Source: Deferribacterales bacterium (GTDB lineage Bacteria; Chrysiogenota; Deferribacteres; Deferribacterales; Geovibrionaceae). Taken from it: a stretch of DNA of 64,000 nucleotides. The notes under the pieces were generated by a model. It did not search any database, had not been told where the DNA came from, and saw only the letters and a list, made by a program, of their open reading frames with translations. Both the position numbers and the translations under genes were made by a program. Of this stretch, positions 1-10,807 are shown one piece after another (position 1 is the stretch's first letter; each line of letters opens with the position of its first letter). Location of the stretch: NCBI GenBank assembly GCA_050251875.1, contig JBFWMA010000002.1:256001-320000 (forward strand), given 5' to 3'.

Positions 1-411
1 TTTTTCGGGTTCGCCATCAAACACATGGGGCTGGTTCCCATCGACAGGGGCGAAAGCCGTGAGGCGCTCAAAAGCCTTTTTGAAGCGGCTAAAAAGATTC
101 AGGAAGGATACAGCGTTCTTCTGTTTCCCGAAGGGACAAGATCGACTGACGGTGTCATGCTGCCTTTTAAAAGGGGCGCTTTCACTCTCGCCGTCAGAAC
201 AGGACAGCAGATCATTCCTTTTGTCATAGACGGTTCAGGCAAAGTCATGAAAAAGGGCGGGTTCATCATCACGCCTTTCAAAAAGGTCAGAATCAGATTT
301 CTCGATCCTGTAAGCCCGGAGGGCGTGAAAGACAGAGAGATGCTCGACCTTATCAGACAAAGGATGGAAGATGCGCAAAAAGAACTTGGCGGTGCTGGGG
401 CTCGGAACTAA
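1..411 (+). CDS. plsC: 1-acyl-sn-glycerol-3-phosphate acyltransferase (5' partial)
   Basis: Frame open from base 1; acyltransferase motifs IDR, FPEGTRS, PFKRGAF. Confidence 0.85.
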   Translation, partial: FFGFAIKHMGLVPIDRGESREALKSLFEAAKKIQEGYSVLLFPEGTRSTDGVMLPFKRGAFTLAVRTGQQIIPFVIDGSGKVMKKGGFIITPFKKVRIRFLDPVSPEGVKDREMLDLIRQRMEDAQKELGGAGARN

Positions 412-877
412 TCTGGGGAGAAAATCCCTGAATCTCGCTCTGACCGTTAAAAAGCTGGCGGGTTTTCTGGACATAGTCAGGGTCTCATCGGTCTACAAAA
501 CATCTTCACTACTCAAAGATTCTCAGAACGATTATTTTAACATGTGCGTGCTGGCGGAGACGGATTTTGAGCCTCTGAGCCTTCTGCGTGCCGTGAAAAA
601 TCTGGAAAAAACAATGGGCAGAGAGGATCTGGGGCGCTGGTATTCCAGAGTCATAGACATAGATATTATAGATTACGGCGGTTTGACGCTGAAAACGCCG
701 GAGCTGACGCTTCCTCATCCGGAAATGGAGAACAGGAGCTTCGTTCTGCTGCCTCTGCGTGAGATTTATCCCGATTATCATCACCCTGTTCATTGCCGAA
801 GTATTGAGAATATGGTAAATAATATTAAGGACGATCTGGGAATAAGCAAACTGGGGGTGTGCTCATGGCTGTTATAA
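371..877 (+). CDS. folK: 2-amino-4-hydroxy-6-hydroxymethyldihydropteridine diphosphokinase
   Basis: LGLGTNLG, RVSSVY, RVIDIDII, LPHPEMENRSFVLLPL HPPK motifs. Confidence 0.93.
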   Translation: MRKKNLAVLGLGTNLGRKSLNLALTVKKLAGFLDIVRVSSVYKTSSLLKDSQNDYFNMCVLAETDFEPLSLLRAVKNLEKTMGREDLGRWYSRVIDIDIIDYGGLTLKTPELTLPHPEMENRSFVLLPLREIYPDYHHPVHCRSIENMVNNIKDDLGISKLGVCSWLL

Positions 878-1566
878 CAATATCACGTCAGTACGGATGC
901 GGCGGCGAATACGTTGCCGAGAGAGTTTCCGAAAAGCTGGGGTTCAGATATTTTCACAAAGAGCTGATACGCATCGCCGCTGTGCTGATGAGCACTGACG
1001 AGGACAAGATAAAGCATTTTGACGAAGAGGAATTTTCCGCTATGCGGACATTCATGTCAAAATATTTCGATACAGGTATTTTTACCGATATGCTCAAAGA
1101 CACCGACTATTCTGAAAAGAAGAAGCAGAAGGAGATGGCTATTCAGGACGCTGAGACATTTTTCAGCAAATATACTCCCGACACCACGGCTTTCGACAGT
1201 GACTCTTTTCAGGAGATGATGAAAAAGATCATCATGAAGGCCTATGACACCACAAACGCTGTGATAATGGGCAGGGGCGGGGTGAGTATTCTTGCCGATC
1301 TGCCGGACACACTGCATTTTCGTCTGGTGGCGGATATAGAGGACAGAGTCCTGTGGGTGAGCGCCAGAGAGAACATCACCAAGAAAGAGGCGAGAGAGAA
1401 AATCATCGAAGTGGATGACAGAAAAAGCAAATATTTCAGACACCACTTCAATAAAAACATAGACGATCAGTGGCTGTATCACGGTGTTCTTAACCTTTCA
1501 AAGCTGGATATCGAGGAAGCGGCGCTGGCTATGGTGGAAATAGCAAAGATAAAATTCAAACTCTGA
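865..1566 (+). CDS. cytidylate kinase-like family protein
   Basis: VITISRQYGCGG P-loop-like start, VIMGRGG, YHGVLN; ATG at 865. Confidence 0.8.
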   Translation: MAVITISRQYGCGGEYVAERVSEKLGFRYFHKELIRIAAVLMSTDEDKIKHFDEEEFSAMRTFMSKYFDTGIFTDMLKDTDYSEKKKQKEMAIQDAETFFSKYTPDTTAFDSDSFQEMMKKIIMKAYDTTNAVIMGRGGVSILADLPDTLHFRLVADIEDRVLWVSARENITKKEAREKIIEVDDRKSKYFRHHFNKNIDDQWLYHGVLNLSKLDIEEAALAMVEIAKIKFKL

Positions 1567-1627
1567 CATTCATTATTGACTGAAAGCGGATTTTAGCTTA
1601 ATACTGAGGTTTTGGAGGATTATTTTA

Positions 1628-2890
1628 GTGTATCAAAAAGTCAAAGGGTTCAGAGATATTTACGGTCTCGAGTCCCGTTATTGGAATAAAGTCGAAAAGG
1701 TATTCAAACAGACCTTTAAATCATTCAATTTCGAAGAGTTTTACATCCCCGTTCTGGAAAAGACCGAAGTCTTTAACAGAGGCATAGGCTCCACCACAGA
1801 CATAGTGGAAAAAGAGATGTTCGCTTTCGAGGACAGAGACGGCACACACGTTGCCCTGCGTCCGGAAGGAACAGCGTCCCTCGTCAGAGCCTTTGTGGAG
1901 AACAAACTCTATAACACCCCCGGCATATCAAAATATTATTATATAGGTCCGATGTTTCGCAGAGAGAGACCCCAGAAGGGCAGGTTCCGCCAGTTCACAC
2001 AGGCGGGCATAGAGGTTTTCGGCTCCGGCGGTCCGGCTGTGGACGCGGATATAATCTATCTGCTGTATACTCTGGCGGAGAATATCGGAATCAAGGATTA
2101 CGTCAGCATGGAGATCAACTCCATAGGCTGTCCCGCCTGCCGTCCGGCATACAACGAAAAACTGGTAAGCTATCTGAAATCTCATTCAGAAAATCTTTGT
2201 GAAGACTGCCTGCGCAGGCTGGACAAGAACCCCATGAGGATTCTGGACTGTAAAAACGATAAATGTAAAACCATTACAAAAGATGCCCCTGTTGCCATAG
2301 ACCACCTGTGCGGCGAGTGCCGTGAGCACTTTGACGGTGTTAAAGGATATCTGGACGCTCTGGGCGTGCCTTACAACATCAACCCGATGATGGTTAGAGG
2401 GCTGGATTATTACGTCCGCACCGCTTTTGAGATGGTGACGGATAAACTCGGCTCGCAGAGCGCTGTGGGCGCCGGCGGACGCTATGACGGTCTGGTTCAG
2501 CTTTTGGGCGGACCGAACGAACCGGGCATAGGCTTTGCCGTGGGGCTGGACAGGCTGGTGAGCCTCGCCATGCTGAAAGAGACAGAAAAAGAGAACGATC
2601 TGGACGTCTTTGTGATAAGTTTCAAAGACTCTTCAGATAAATTAGCGATAAAATTAATGAACGAACTGCGTACTCAGGGAATCAGCGCTGATATGGATTA
2701 TGATTTCCGCAAGATGAAGAAGCAGTTCAGCCTTGCCGACAGATACGGAGCTCTCTTCACCGTGGTGATAGGAGAGGATGAGGCGGCAAAAGGCACCGCC
2801 GCCGTGAAGGATATGCAGGCAGGCACACAGGAAGAGATTGAAATAACACAGGTTACCGCATATATAAGCGATAAACTCAGGAGGAACTAA
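1628..2890 (+). CDS. hisS: histidine--tRNA ligase
   Basis: [34 protein letters not shown]. Confidence 0.98.
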   Translation: MYQKVKGFRDIYGLESRYWNKVEKVFKQTFKSFNFEEFYIPVLEKTEVFNRGIGSTTDIVEKEMFAFEDRDGTHVALRPEGTASLVRAFVENKLYNTPGISKYYYIGPMFRRERPQKGRFRQFTQAGIEVFGSGGPAVDADIIYLLYTLAENIGIKDYVSMEINSIGCPACRPAYNEKLVSYLKSHSENLCEDCLRRLDKNPMRILDCKNDKCKTITKDAPVAIDHLCGECREHFDGVKGYLDALGVPYNINPMMVRGLDYYVRTAFEMVTDKLGSQSAVGAGGRYDGLVQLLGGPNEPGIGFAVGLDRLVSLAMLKETEKENDLDVFVISFKDSSDKLAIKLMNELRTQGISADMDYDFRKMKKQFSLADRYGALFTVVIGEDEAAKGTAAVKDMQAGTQEEIEITQVTAYISDKLRRN

Positions 2891-2891
2891 C

Positions 2892-4682
2892 GTGCTTTCA
2901 AACATGGGAGAGTGGCGCAGAAGCCACCATTGCGCACAGCTTAAGGCAGCAAACATCGGAGACAAGGTCACACTTATGGGCTGGGTACAGCGCCGCAGAG
3001 ACCACGGCGGAGTTATCTTCGTTGACCTCCGTGACAGAGAGGGCATCACACAGGTTGTTATGAGCCCCGAATATAATCAGGAAGTGCACGACAAAGCTGA
3101 CGTTGTAAGAAACGAATACGTCATCGCCGTTAAAGGCACAGTGGGCGCCAGACCCGAAGGTACAGTCAACCCCAAACTCCCCACCGGCGAAGTGGAAATT
3201 ATGGTTGACGAGATCAGAATCCTTAACAATGCCAATACTCCTCCTTTCATGTTAGATGATTTTGACAATACAAACGAAGACGTAAGGCTGAAATACAGAT
3301 ATCTCGACCTGCGCAGAGCCAGACTGCAAAACAACCTGAAACTGCGTCACAACCTGACCAGAACAGTCCGTGAGTTCCTCTACAGCAGAGATTTCATGGA
3401 TATCGAGACACCTTTCCTTACAAAATCAACACCCGAGGGCGCCAGAGACTATCTCGTTCCCAGCCGTGTTAACCCCGGAAAGTGCTATGCTTTGCCCCAG
3501 TCACCCCAGATGTTCAAACAGCTTTTGATGGTGGGCGGCTATGAGAGATACTTTCAGGTGGTAAAATGCTTCCGTGACGAAGACCTGAGAGCCGACCGTC
3601 AGCCTGAGTTCACACAGCTCGATATGGAGATGTCATTCATCGACAGAGAAGACCTTATGGATCTTATCGAAGATATGTACATCCTCATATTCGACAAACT
3701 GAAAGGCATCAAGCTGACAAAAGGTTTCCCCAGAATGTCTTATGACAACGCTATGGAAAAATACGGTCACGATGCTCCTGATACCCGTTTTGAGATGTTT
3801 CTGACTACCATCAACGACATGGTGAAAGACAGCGGATTCAAAGTTTTTAACGACACGGTTAAAAACGGCGGCGTTGTAAAAGCTATCGTTGCTCAGGGCG
3901 CCGGCGAGAAATTCTCCAGAAAAGATATAGACGACATGACAGACTTCGTTGCCACACTCGGTGCGGCCGGTCTGGCATACATAAAAGTGAACGCTGACGG
4001 ACTTCAGTCTCCGATTGTTAAGTTCCTCGGTGATTCTGCCGATACTATCGTAAAGGAACTGGGCGCAAAACCCGGCGACATTATTTTCTTCGGAGCGGGC
4101 AAAAAAGAGACTGTTAACCTTTACATGTCAAAACTCAGAATCAGACTGGCAAACATGCTCGGTCTTATCAAAGAGGATATGTACTCTTTCACATGGGTTC
4201 TGGATTTCCCCCTGCTTGAGTATGATGCCGAAGATAAAAGATATGTCGCTGTGCACCACCCCTTCACAGCTCCGCTGGATGAGGACGTTGAACTGTTCGA
4301 CACTGACCCCGGCAAAATGAGAGCGAAGGCTTATGACCTTGTTCTTAACGGATCAGAGATCGGCGGCGGTTCCATCAGGATTCACAGAAGCGATATTCAG
4401 GAGAAAATGTTCAATGCTCTCGGTTTCTCAGAAGAGGAGAGAGAGTATAAGTTCGGTTTCTTCATCGAGGCTCTGCGTTACGGAACACCTCCCCACGGCG
4501 GTATAGCGTTCGGTATCGACAGGCTGGCTTCCATCCTGACCGGATCAGATTCCATCAGAGACGTGATCGCTTTCCCCAAAACTCAGAAAGCGACAGATAT
4601 GATGAGTGACGCTCCCAGCAAGGTGGACGGCAAACAGTTAAAAGAGCTGTTTATGAAGTTTGAAGTCGAGGAAGATGAATAA
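2892..4682 (+). CDS. aspS: aspartate--tRNA ligase (likely non-discriminating Asp/Asn)
   Basis: [47 protein letters not shown]. Confidence 0.98.
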   Translation: MLSNMGEWRRSHHCAQLKAANIGDKVTLMGWVQRRRDHGGVIFVDLRDREGITQVVMSPEYNQEVHDKADVVRNEYVIAVKGTVGARPEGTVNPKLPTGEVEIMVDEIRILNNANTPPFMLDDFDNTNEDVRLKYRYLDLRRARLQNNLKLRHNLTRTVREFLYSRDFMDIETPFLTKSTPEGARDYLVPSRVNPGKCYALPQSPQMFKQLLMVGGYERYFQVVKCFRDEDLRADRQPEFTQLDMEMSFIDREDLMDLIEDMYILIFDKLKGIKLTKGFPRMSYDNAMEKYGHDAPDTRFEMFLTTINDMVKDSGFKVFNDTVKNGGVVKAIVAQGAGEKFSRKDIDDMTDFVATLGAAGLAYIKVNADGLQSPIVKFLGDSADTIVKELGAKPGDIIFFGAGKKETVNLYMSKLRIRLANMLGLIKEDMYSFTWVLDFPLLEYDAEDKRYVAVHHPFTAPLDEDVELFDTDPGKMRAKAYDLVLNGSEIGGGSIRIHRSDIQEKMFNALGFSEEEREYKFGFFIEALRYGTPPHGGIAFGIDRLASILTGSDSIRDVIAFPKTQKATDMMSDAPSKVDGKQLKELFMKFEVEEDE

Positions 4683-4711
4683 TCTTAAGGTATATTTAAC
4701 ATTTATCAGAT

Positions 4712-4740
4712 TTGACATAATATTACATGTGTGATATATT
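4712..4740 (+). promoter_or_regulatory. sigma70-type promoter
   Basis: TTGACA-N17-TATATT with extended -10 TG. Confidence 0.65.
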
Positions 4741-4778
4741 AAGTAATAATGAAAAGAAAGACGGAAGGGAGGACCCGA

Positions 4779-5612
4779 ATGAGCAGAATTAGTAAATTCT
4801 TAGCATTAACAATGATAGCAGCTGCCCTACTGACAGTCGGCTGTTCCAAACCCCCCGTTCAGGAAATGGACAACGCGAAAGCTGCCATGAAAGCAGCTCA
4901 GGAAAGCGGGGCTGAAAAGTGTGCCAGCGAAGAATATCAGAAGGCGAAAGCCGCTGTTGCCAGCGCTGAGGCAAAAATGGCTGAGGCTGAAAAAGGCGGT
5001 TCTAAGTCTGAACTCTACAAACAGGCTAAAGAAGAGCTCCTTCAGGCTATAGCTGATTTTGAAAAAGCAAAAGAAATAGCCGCTGAGCGTTCAAAGATCA
5101 ACGACAAAGCTCAGGCTGAGCTTGACGCCGCTAAAAAGAACCTCGATGCCGCCGCAGCTTCTGACGGTGAGTACTCTGCTTCTTACAAAGCCGCAAAGGC
5201 TAAACTGGACGAAGCTCAGGCTCTTATCGACAAATGCGAAGGCGAAAAAGCCATGGAAGTTCTGAAGCAGGTAGAGATAGATAAAGACGCTATCCAGAAA
5301 GAAATTATGGAAGGCAAAGCCGAGGCTCTGAAAGCTGAGTCCACACAAGCGGCTGTCGGCGCTACTCTGGAAGATATCATCAGATACACAGTAGTAAAAG
5401 GCGACAACCTGTGGAACATCTCTAAAGCTAAATATCAGAACCCCTTTATGTGGCCGCTCATCTACTGGGCAAACAAAAGCATGATCAAAGATCCCGACCT
5501 TATTTTCCCCGGTCAGGTATTTAAGATCCGCGCTCAGGCCGGTGATGACGCTGGTAAAGCCATCGACTACGCTAAACACAGAGGTCCCTGGTCTCTGTTC
5601 GACGGCAAATAA
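4779..5612 (+). CDS. lipoprotein with Ala/Lys-rich helical region and C-terminal LysM domain
   Basis: Lipobox LTVGC, YTVVKGDNLWNIS...DPDLIFPGQ LysM; GGGAGG RBS before ATG 4779. Confidence 0.85.
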   Translation: MSRISKFLALTMIAAALLTVGCSKPPVQEMDNAKAAMKAAQESGAEKCASEEYQKAKAAVASAEAKMAEAEKGGSKSELYKQAKEELLQAIADFEKAKEIAAERSKINDKAQAELDAAKKNLDAAAASDGEYSASYKAAKAKLDEAQALIDKCEGEKAMEVLKQVEIDKDAIQKEIMEGKAEALKAESTQAAVGATLEDIIRYTVVKGDNLWNISKAKYQNPFMWPLIYWANKSMIKDPDLIFPGQVFKIRAQAGDDAGKAIDYAKHRGPWSLFDGK

Positions 5613-5632
5613 GAAATTTCCAAACCAATCAG

Positions 5633-5660
5633 AAGGCGGTCATTTGACCGCCTTTTTTTT
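5633..5660 (+). terminator. intrinsic terminator
   Basis: AAGGCGGTCA-TT-TGACCGCCTT followed by T run. Confidence 0.85.
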
Positions 5661-5661
5661 G

Positions 5662-5943
5662 CAGAAATTCCACATCCATGATGGAATTTCTGATGCCGTT
5701 CCATTCAGGCAAAGCCTTCATTTCACTCACGTTTCGTTCTCAAAAACAGCAAAGCAGTTTTTGATCTCTCCACGAACCACATCCTGTGGTTTGGTTTTTT
5801 TTCAGAAATTCCACATCCATGATGGAATTTCTGATACCGTTCCATTCAGACAAAGCCTTCATTTTACTCACGTTTCGTTCTCAAAAACAGCAAAGCAGTT
5901 TTTGTTCACTCCACGAACCACATCCTGTGGTTGGTTTTTTTTT
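5662..5943. repeat. two tandem copies (period 141 bp) of a three-hairpin palindromic element
   Basis: Near-identical copies start at 5662 and 5803; hairpins CAGAAATTCCA/TGGAATTTCTG, AAAAAC..GTTTTT, AACCACA/TGTGGTT. Confidence 0.92.
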
Positions 5944-5946
5944 TGC

Positions 5947-5971
5947 GGCTGGGTGTAAAACCCAGCCCTAC
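5947..5971 (-). repeat. GTAG-type REP palindrome
   Basis: Minus strand GTAG-GGCTGGGT-TTTAC-ACCCAGCC. Confidence 0.65.
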
Positions 5972-5998
5972 GCTTGATTGATTTCTTCGAGTTTTATT

Positions 5999-6027
5999 TT
6001 GACCTATAGAACATAGCGGTGTATTAT
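5999..6027 (+). promoter_or_regulatory. sigma70-type promoter
   Basis: TTGACC-N17-TATTAT upstream of the M16 peptidase. Confidence 0.55.
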
Positions 6028-6057
6028 CAGATTTCTTTATTAACAAAAGGAAGCTGA

Positions 6058-7275
6058 ATGAGAGAATTATACAAGATTGGCAATATTCCGGTAATTTACG
6101 AAAAAGTTACCAGCCTTCCGGGGCTTTTCACCATTTCCGTTTTTTTTGATACAGGTTCTTCTAACGAAACAGCGCAGAACAACGGCGTTTCCCACTTCAT
6201 AGAGCACATGGCTTTCCGTGGAACCAAAGATTTTACATCAGAGGAGATCAGCAGGCTGTCAGAGATGTACGGCGGATATATGAACGCCTACACGTCTAAA
6301 GAGACCACTGCGTATTATATCAAAGGCTTTTCAGGCAATCTGGAGCTGTTCATTCAGCTGATGGCTAATATCTGCTTTCACCCCAGGTTTGACAAAGACG
6401 ATTTTCTGAATGAAAAACAGATTATCATAGATGAGATTAACTCCGTTATGGACAACCCGGAGGAATTTCTGGGAGAGGCGGCGGAGCTGGAGCTTTTCCG
6501 GGGCTGTTCTCTGGAATATCCGGTGTCGGGTACAGCGGAGACTGTCGAGGCGCTGGAGCTGGAAGACATTACAAAGTTCTATAACACTAACTATATAGCC
6601 GAAAACTGCATTATCTCTGTATGCGGAGATGTGGAGAAGGCGGATGTGGTTAAATACATCACAAAATATTTTCCCGACACGAAAGAGAGCATAGCCGGAG
6701 TAAAACCCCACTATCAGCCTGTTTATAACACTCTTTCCAAAGATTTTCAGTTCAAGTCAGGTCAGAGCTACGTACAGCTTCTGTACCCGGCTTTTCAGTA
6801 CAGCGACCCGAAAAGATACGCTCTGTCCGGCTGCACCATGCTTCTGGGCGGACTCATGAGCTCCCGTCTTTTTCAGGAGATCAGGGAGAAACGGGGGCTG
6901 TGCTACAACATAGAGGCGGAATCCGTGCTGTATAAGAGCGCCGGATATGTTAATATCCTCTATTCCTGCTCAGACGCCAACAAAGACAAGGTGCAGGAAC
7001 TGGTTATCAAAGAGATCAATAAAATGATAAAGCACGGCATCACTGATGACGAACTGACGATGATAAAAAATCAGCTTAAATTTTCATACGCCTCAAACTT
7101 CGAGACTCTGGAGAGCAGGGTGCAGATGAATTTCAGACATATATACCATTACGGCAGGCTGCTGGAGAGCGATGACATCCTCCACAGGATAGACGATCTG
7201 GATAAAAAGCAGGTGCATGACACAGCCGAAACGATTCTGAATAAGGAGTTTTCTGTATGCAGACTTGTACAGTGA
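6058..7275 (+). CDS. M16 family zinc peptidase
   Basis: GVSHFIEHMAFRGT (HxxEH), NAYTSKE, SSRLFQEIREKRGLCY. Confidence 0.93.
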   Translation: MRELYKIGNIPVIYEKVTSLPGLFTISVFFDTGSSNETAQNNGVSHFIEHMAFRGTKDFTSEEISRLSEMYGGYMNAYTSKETTAYYIKGFSGNLELFIQLMANICFHPRFDKDDFLNEKQIIIDEINSVMDNPEEFLGEAAELELFRGCSLEYPVSGTAETVEALELEDITKFYNTNYIAENCIISVCGDVEKADVVKYITKYFPDTKESIAGVKPHYQPVYNTLSKDFQFKSGQSYVQLLYPAFQYSDPKRYALSGCTMLLGGLMSSRLFQEIREKRGLCYNIEAESVLYKSAGYVNILYSCSDANKDKVQELVIKEINKMIKHGITDDELTMIKNQLKFSYASNFETLESRVQMNFRHIYHYGRLLESDDILHRIDDLDKKQVHDTAETILNKEFSVCRLVQ

Positions 7276-7691
7276 AGATAAAGACCGATGACGACAGGCT
7301 GATGCCTGAATATAAAACAGAGCATGCGGCGGGCGTTGACATCATGGCTTCCCATGACGGCGTTATTGAGCCTTTTAAAAGGGCGCTGGTGAAGACAGGT
7401 CTCTATATGGAGCTTGCTGTGGGATATGAGGCGCAGATTCGCCCCAGAAGCGGGCTGGCGCTGAAAAACGGTGTGACAGTACTGAACTCTCCCGGCACCA
7501 TAGACGCCGATTACAGAGGCGAGCTGGGCATAATACTTGTTAATCTGTCCGATGAGCCCTTCGAGTATAAAAAATATGACAGAATAGCGCAGATGGTGAT
7601 TGCTTCCGTGTCAAAGGCGGAGCTCGTCAGAGCGGATGAGCTGTCCGACACGGACAGAGGCTCCGGCGCTTTCGGTCACACAGGAAAATGA
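7257..7691 (+). CDS. dut: dUTP diphosphatase
   Basis: AGVD, RPRSGLA, PGTIDADYRGE, RGSGAFGHTG. Confidence 0.97.
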   Translation: MQTCTVKIKTDDDRLMPEYKTEHAAGVDIMASHDGVIEPFKRALVKTGLYMELAVGYEAQIRPRSGLALKNGVTVLNSPGTIDADYRGELGIILVNLSDEPFEYKKYDRIAQMVIASVSKAELVRADELSDTDRGSGAFGHTGK

Positions 7692-7751
7692 CACATATAT
7701 GTATTATAAATTTTATTATTTATATGTTATGATAAGTTACTAAATTTACAG

Positions 7752-10313
7752 GTGGCGCAGATGAAAGTTTATGAATTTAACGTCAAGACCAAACTTCCCG
7801 ATAAGCTCAGACCGCTGGAACAGATAGCGCATAACCTCTGGTACAGCTGGAACTGGGAGGCGAGGGAACTCTTCCGCATGATAAATATGGAAGTCTGGGA
7901 AGAGTGTGAACACAACCCTGTCTATGTACTTTCTAAACTTACCGAAAAAGATTTTAAACGGCTCATCGGCGACCCTGTTTTCATGAATTTCATGGACAAC
8001 TGTCACGAGCGCCTGAACGAATATAAAATGCTTCCCAAATGGTTCGAGCTGGCACACGGAGGAAAGCGTGACGAAGGCATGGAAGTTGCCTATTTCAGCG
8101 CGGAATACGGCATCCATGAGTCTGTAAAGCTCTATTCCGGCGGTCTCGGCGTTCTGTCAGGCGACCACTGTAAATCCGCCAGCGACCTGGGCATCCCTTT
8201 TTCCGCCGTTGGTCTTCTTTACCGCAATGGTTACTTTCACCAGTATCTTAACTCAGACGGCTGGCAGCAGCAGTCCATCCCCTATAACGAATTTCACAGA
8301 ATGCCCGTCAGCCCCGTAAAGGATGAGGACGGAAATTCTATATATGTATCAGTAAAAATAAATACCAGAGACGTCACTGTGAAGGTGTGGAAGCTGGAGA
8401 TAGGCGTTATCAACATCTATCTGCTGGATACCGACCTGCCTTCCAACCACCCGCAGGACAGAGAGATCACCGGACAGCTCTATGGCGGAGATTCCGACAT
8501 GAGGTTGAAACAGGAGATAATTCTTGGTATAGCCGGCGTGAGAGCGTTAAAAGCTATGGGCAAGAAACCCACAGTGTTTCACCTGAATGAGGGACACCCT
8601 TCATTCGCCGCTCTGGAGCGCATCAGACAGTATGTTCAGGAAGGTATTTCTCTCAGAAACGCCGCTGAGATAGTGAAAAAGAGTACGCTTTTCACCACAC
8701 ACACACCTGTTCCCGCCGGATTTGACGTATTCAGCTCCGAACAGATCAGAAAATATCTGGGACCCATATTTGACGGTTCCGGTCTCAATATAAACCAGGT
8801 CGTGGGTTTTGGTCGTGAAAACCCCTTTAACGAGGCGGAAGGCTTCGCCATGGCTATGTGCGGAATAAGGCTCAGTACCTATAGAAACGGCGTTAGCGCC
8901 CTGCACGGCGCCGTGTCCAGAGAGATGTTCAAAAATCTCTGGAACAACGCTCTGCTGGATTTCGTACCCATCGGACATGTAACAAACGGCGTTCACCTGC
9001 CCACGTTCATCGCTGAAAACTTTAAAACCATCTACACCAGATATCTGTCAGAGGCGTGGTCCTACAAACCCTATGACTTCGATGTATGGCATGATATAGA
9101 GAAAATACCTGACAACGCCTTCTTTGAGGCGAAATATAAACAGAGAGAGAGGCTTGTGATTTTCGCCCGTGACAGGCTGAAAAAGCAGGTTACAAAAAGA
9201 GGCGGCACAGCCAGCGAGATAGCCAAAGCCGATGATGTTCTGAAGGCGGACTGCCTGACTATCGGTTTTGCCAGACGTTTCGCCACATATAAGAGGGGCT
9301 ATCTGCTCTTCATGGATGAGGAGAGGCTGGCAAAAATTCTGAACAATCCGAAACAGCCTGTTCAGATTATCATAGCCGGTAAGGCTCACCCGAAAGATGA
9401 CGGCGGTAAGGAGATTATCAAAAAGATATTCCACATCGCCCGCAAACCTGAGTTCAGAGACAAAATAGTCTTCATCGAGGACTATGACATAGAAGTAGCC
9501 AGACATCTCGCTCACGGTGTTGACATCTGGCTGAACACTCCCAAACGCCCAATGGAGGCTTCCGGTACCAGCGGTATGAAGATAGCCGCCAACGGCGGTC
9601 TTAACCTGTCCATCCTTGACGGTTGGTGGGATGAGGGATACAACGGAGAGACAGGCTTTGCCATCGGTTCCGGAGAGGAATACGACAATCCCGAATATCA
9701 GGACTTTGTGGAGAGTATGGAACTGTATGACAAGTTGGAAAACGAAATAATCCCGCTGTTCTATAACCGTGACAGAGTGGGCATCCCCAGAGAATGGATG
9801 CACATGATGAAACAGGCGGTCAAAGTATGCGCCGCTTTCTTCAACACATCCAGAATGGTTATGGAATACACAGACAAATACTATGTTCCTCTGCATGAGC
9901 TCCATCAGGACATCGCTGAGAAAAATTACGCCGGAATCTCCGAATATATGGAGTGGAAGGACAACATCATATCCGGCTGGGATTCCGTGAATTTCACATA
10001 CAGCAATGTGAACGCTGAAGAGATGGCAATGGGAAGCAAAGTCACTCTGGAGGCGTCTGTCGTATGTGACAAGATCAAGAGAGAATACATCGATGTTTAT
10101 GCCGTAATAGACTATGACGGCAAGAGCGGCGAGCTGAACAAGCCCACTTTTATTAAGCTGGATTATGTTCACAAAGACAACGGCGCAGAATACTTTAATA
10201 AAGAATACACCGTGGACAGGGCGGGCAAGATGAAAGTGGCTTTTGCCGCTGTGCCCGGACATAAATACCTCAAAAATATATTTGAGCTGAATATGGTGGC
10301 ATGGGCTAAGTGA
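7752..10313 (+). CDS. glgP: alpha-glucan (glycogen) phosphorylase
   Basis: YSGGLGVLSGD, FARRFATYKR, EASGTSGMK PLP motif. Confidence 0.97.
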   Translation: MAQMKVYEFNVKTKLPDKLRPLEQIAHNLWYSWNWEARELFRMINMEVWEECEHNPVYVLSKLTEKDFKRLIGDPVFMNFMDNCHERLNEYKMLPKWFELAHGGKRDEGMEVAYFSAEYGIHESVKLYSGGLGVLSGDHCKSASDLGIPFSAVGLLYRNGYFHQYLNSDGWQQQSIPYNEFHRMPVSPVKDEDGNSIYVSVKINTRDVTVKVWKLEIGVINIYLLDTDLPSNHPQDREITGQLYGGDSDMRLKQEIILGIAGVRALKAMGKKPTVFHLNEGHPSFAALERIRQYVQEGISLRNAAEIVKKSTLFTTHTPVPAGFDVFSSEQIRKYLGPIFDGSGLNINQVVGFGRENPFNEAEGFAMAMCGIRLSTYRNGVSALHGAVSREMFKNLWNNALLDFVPIGHVTNGVHLPTFIAENFKTIYTRYLSEAWSYKPYDFDVWHDIEKIPDNAFFEAKYKQRERLVIFARDRLKKQVTKRGGTASEIAKADDVLKADCLTIGFARRFATYKRGYLLFMDEERLAKILNNPKQPVQIIIAGKAHPKDDGGKEIIKKIFHIARKPEFRDKIVFIEDYDIEVARHLAHGVDIWLNTPKRPMEASGTSGMKIAANGGLNLSILDGWWDEGYNGETGFAIGSGEEYDNPEYQDFVESMELYDKLENEIIPLFYNRDRVGIPREWMHMMKQAVKVCAAFFNTSRMVMEYTDKYYVPLHELHQDIAEKNYAGISEYMEWKDNIISGWDSVNFTYSNVNAEEMAMGSKVTLEASVVCDKIKREYIDVYAVIDYDGKSGELNKPTFIKLDYVHKDNGAEYFNKEYTVDRAGKMKVAFAAVPGHKYLKNIFELNMVAWAK

Positions 10314-10807
10314 GAGAATACATTCCCCATTCCACAGGATGTTTTATCTGCGGACAGAACAACCCTGTGGGATTGAAACACAGATTTTATACAGAGGGCG
10401 GGGCGGTATACAGCGATGTTTACATCCCCGCTGACTACTGCGGGTTCAAAGATGTTGTCCACGGAGGCATCTGCACGGCTCTTCTGGACGAGACGATGGG
10501 CTGGACTCCCTTCATCTTCGAGGACACTCTGGACAGGCTCTGTTTCACCAGAAGCCTTGAGGTTAAGTTTAAGAGAAACGCTCCCACCATGACAAATCTC
10601 ATAGTGGAGGCTGTTTACCACGGCATGCGCAAGGGAATCTGCGAGGTGACAGGCGAGCTGAAAGACATGAACGGAACTGTCTACGCTTCCGCCTCCGGAA
10701 GATTCATCCCGATCCCACCTGAAAAGATGACTGAGACGCTTCAATATCTTATGATAGACGAGAAGCTGAAATATCACTCCAAATTCGATCAGTTTATTGG
10801 TAAATAA
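10310..10807 (+). CDS. PaaI family thioesterase
   Basis: CFICGQNNPVGL, VHGGICTALLDE. Confidence 0.88.
   Translation: MREYIPHSTGCFICGQNNPVGLKHRFYTEGGAVYSDVYIPADYCGFKDVVHGGICTALLDETMGWTPFIFEDTLDRLCFTRSLEVKFKRNAPTMTNLIVEAVYHGMRKGICEVTGELKDMNGTVYASASGRFIPIPPEKMTETLQYLMIDEKLKYHSKFDQFIGK

Noticed and set aside
5542..5977. ORFs of 138 and 63 aa over the 141-bp repeats
   Set aside because: The longer ORF crosses a terminator; both lack an RBS and simply reflect a repeat period divisible by 3.
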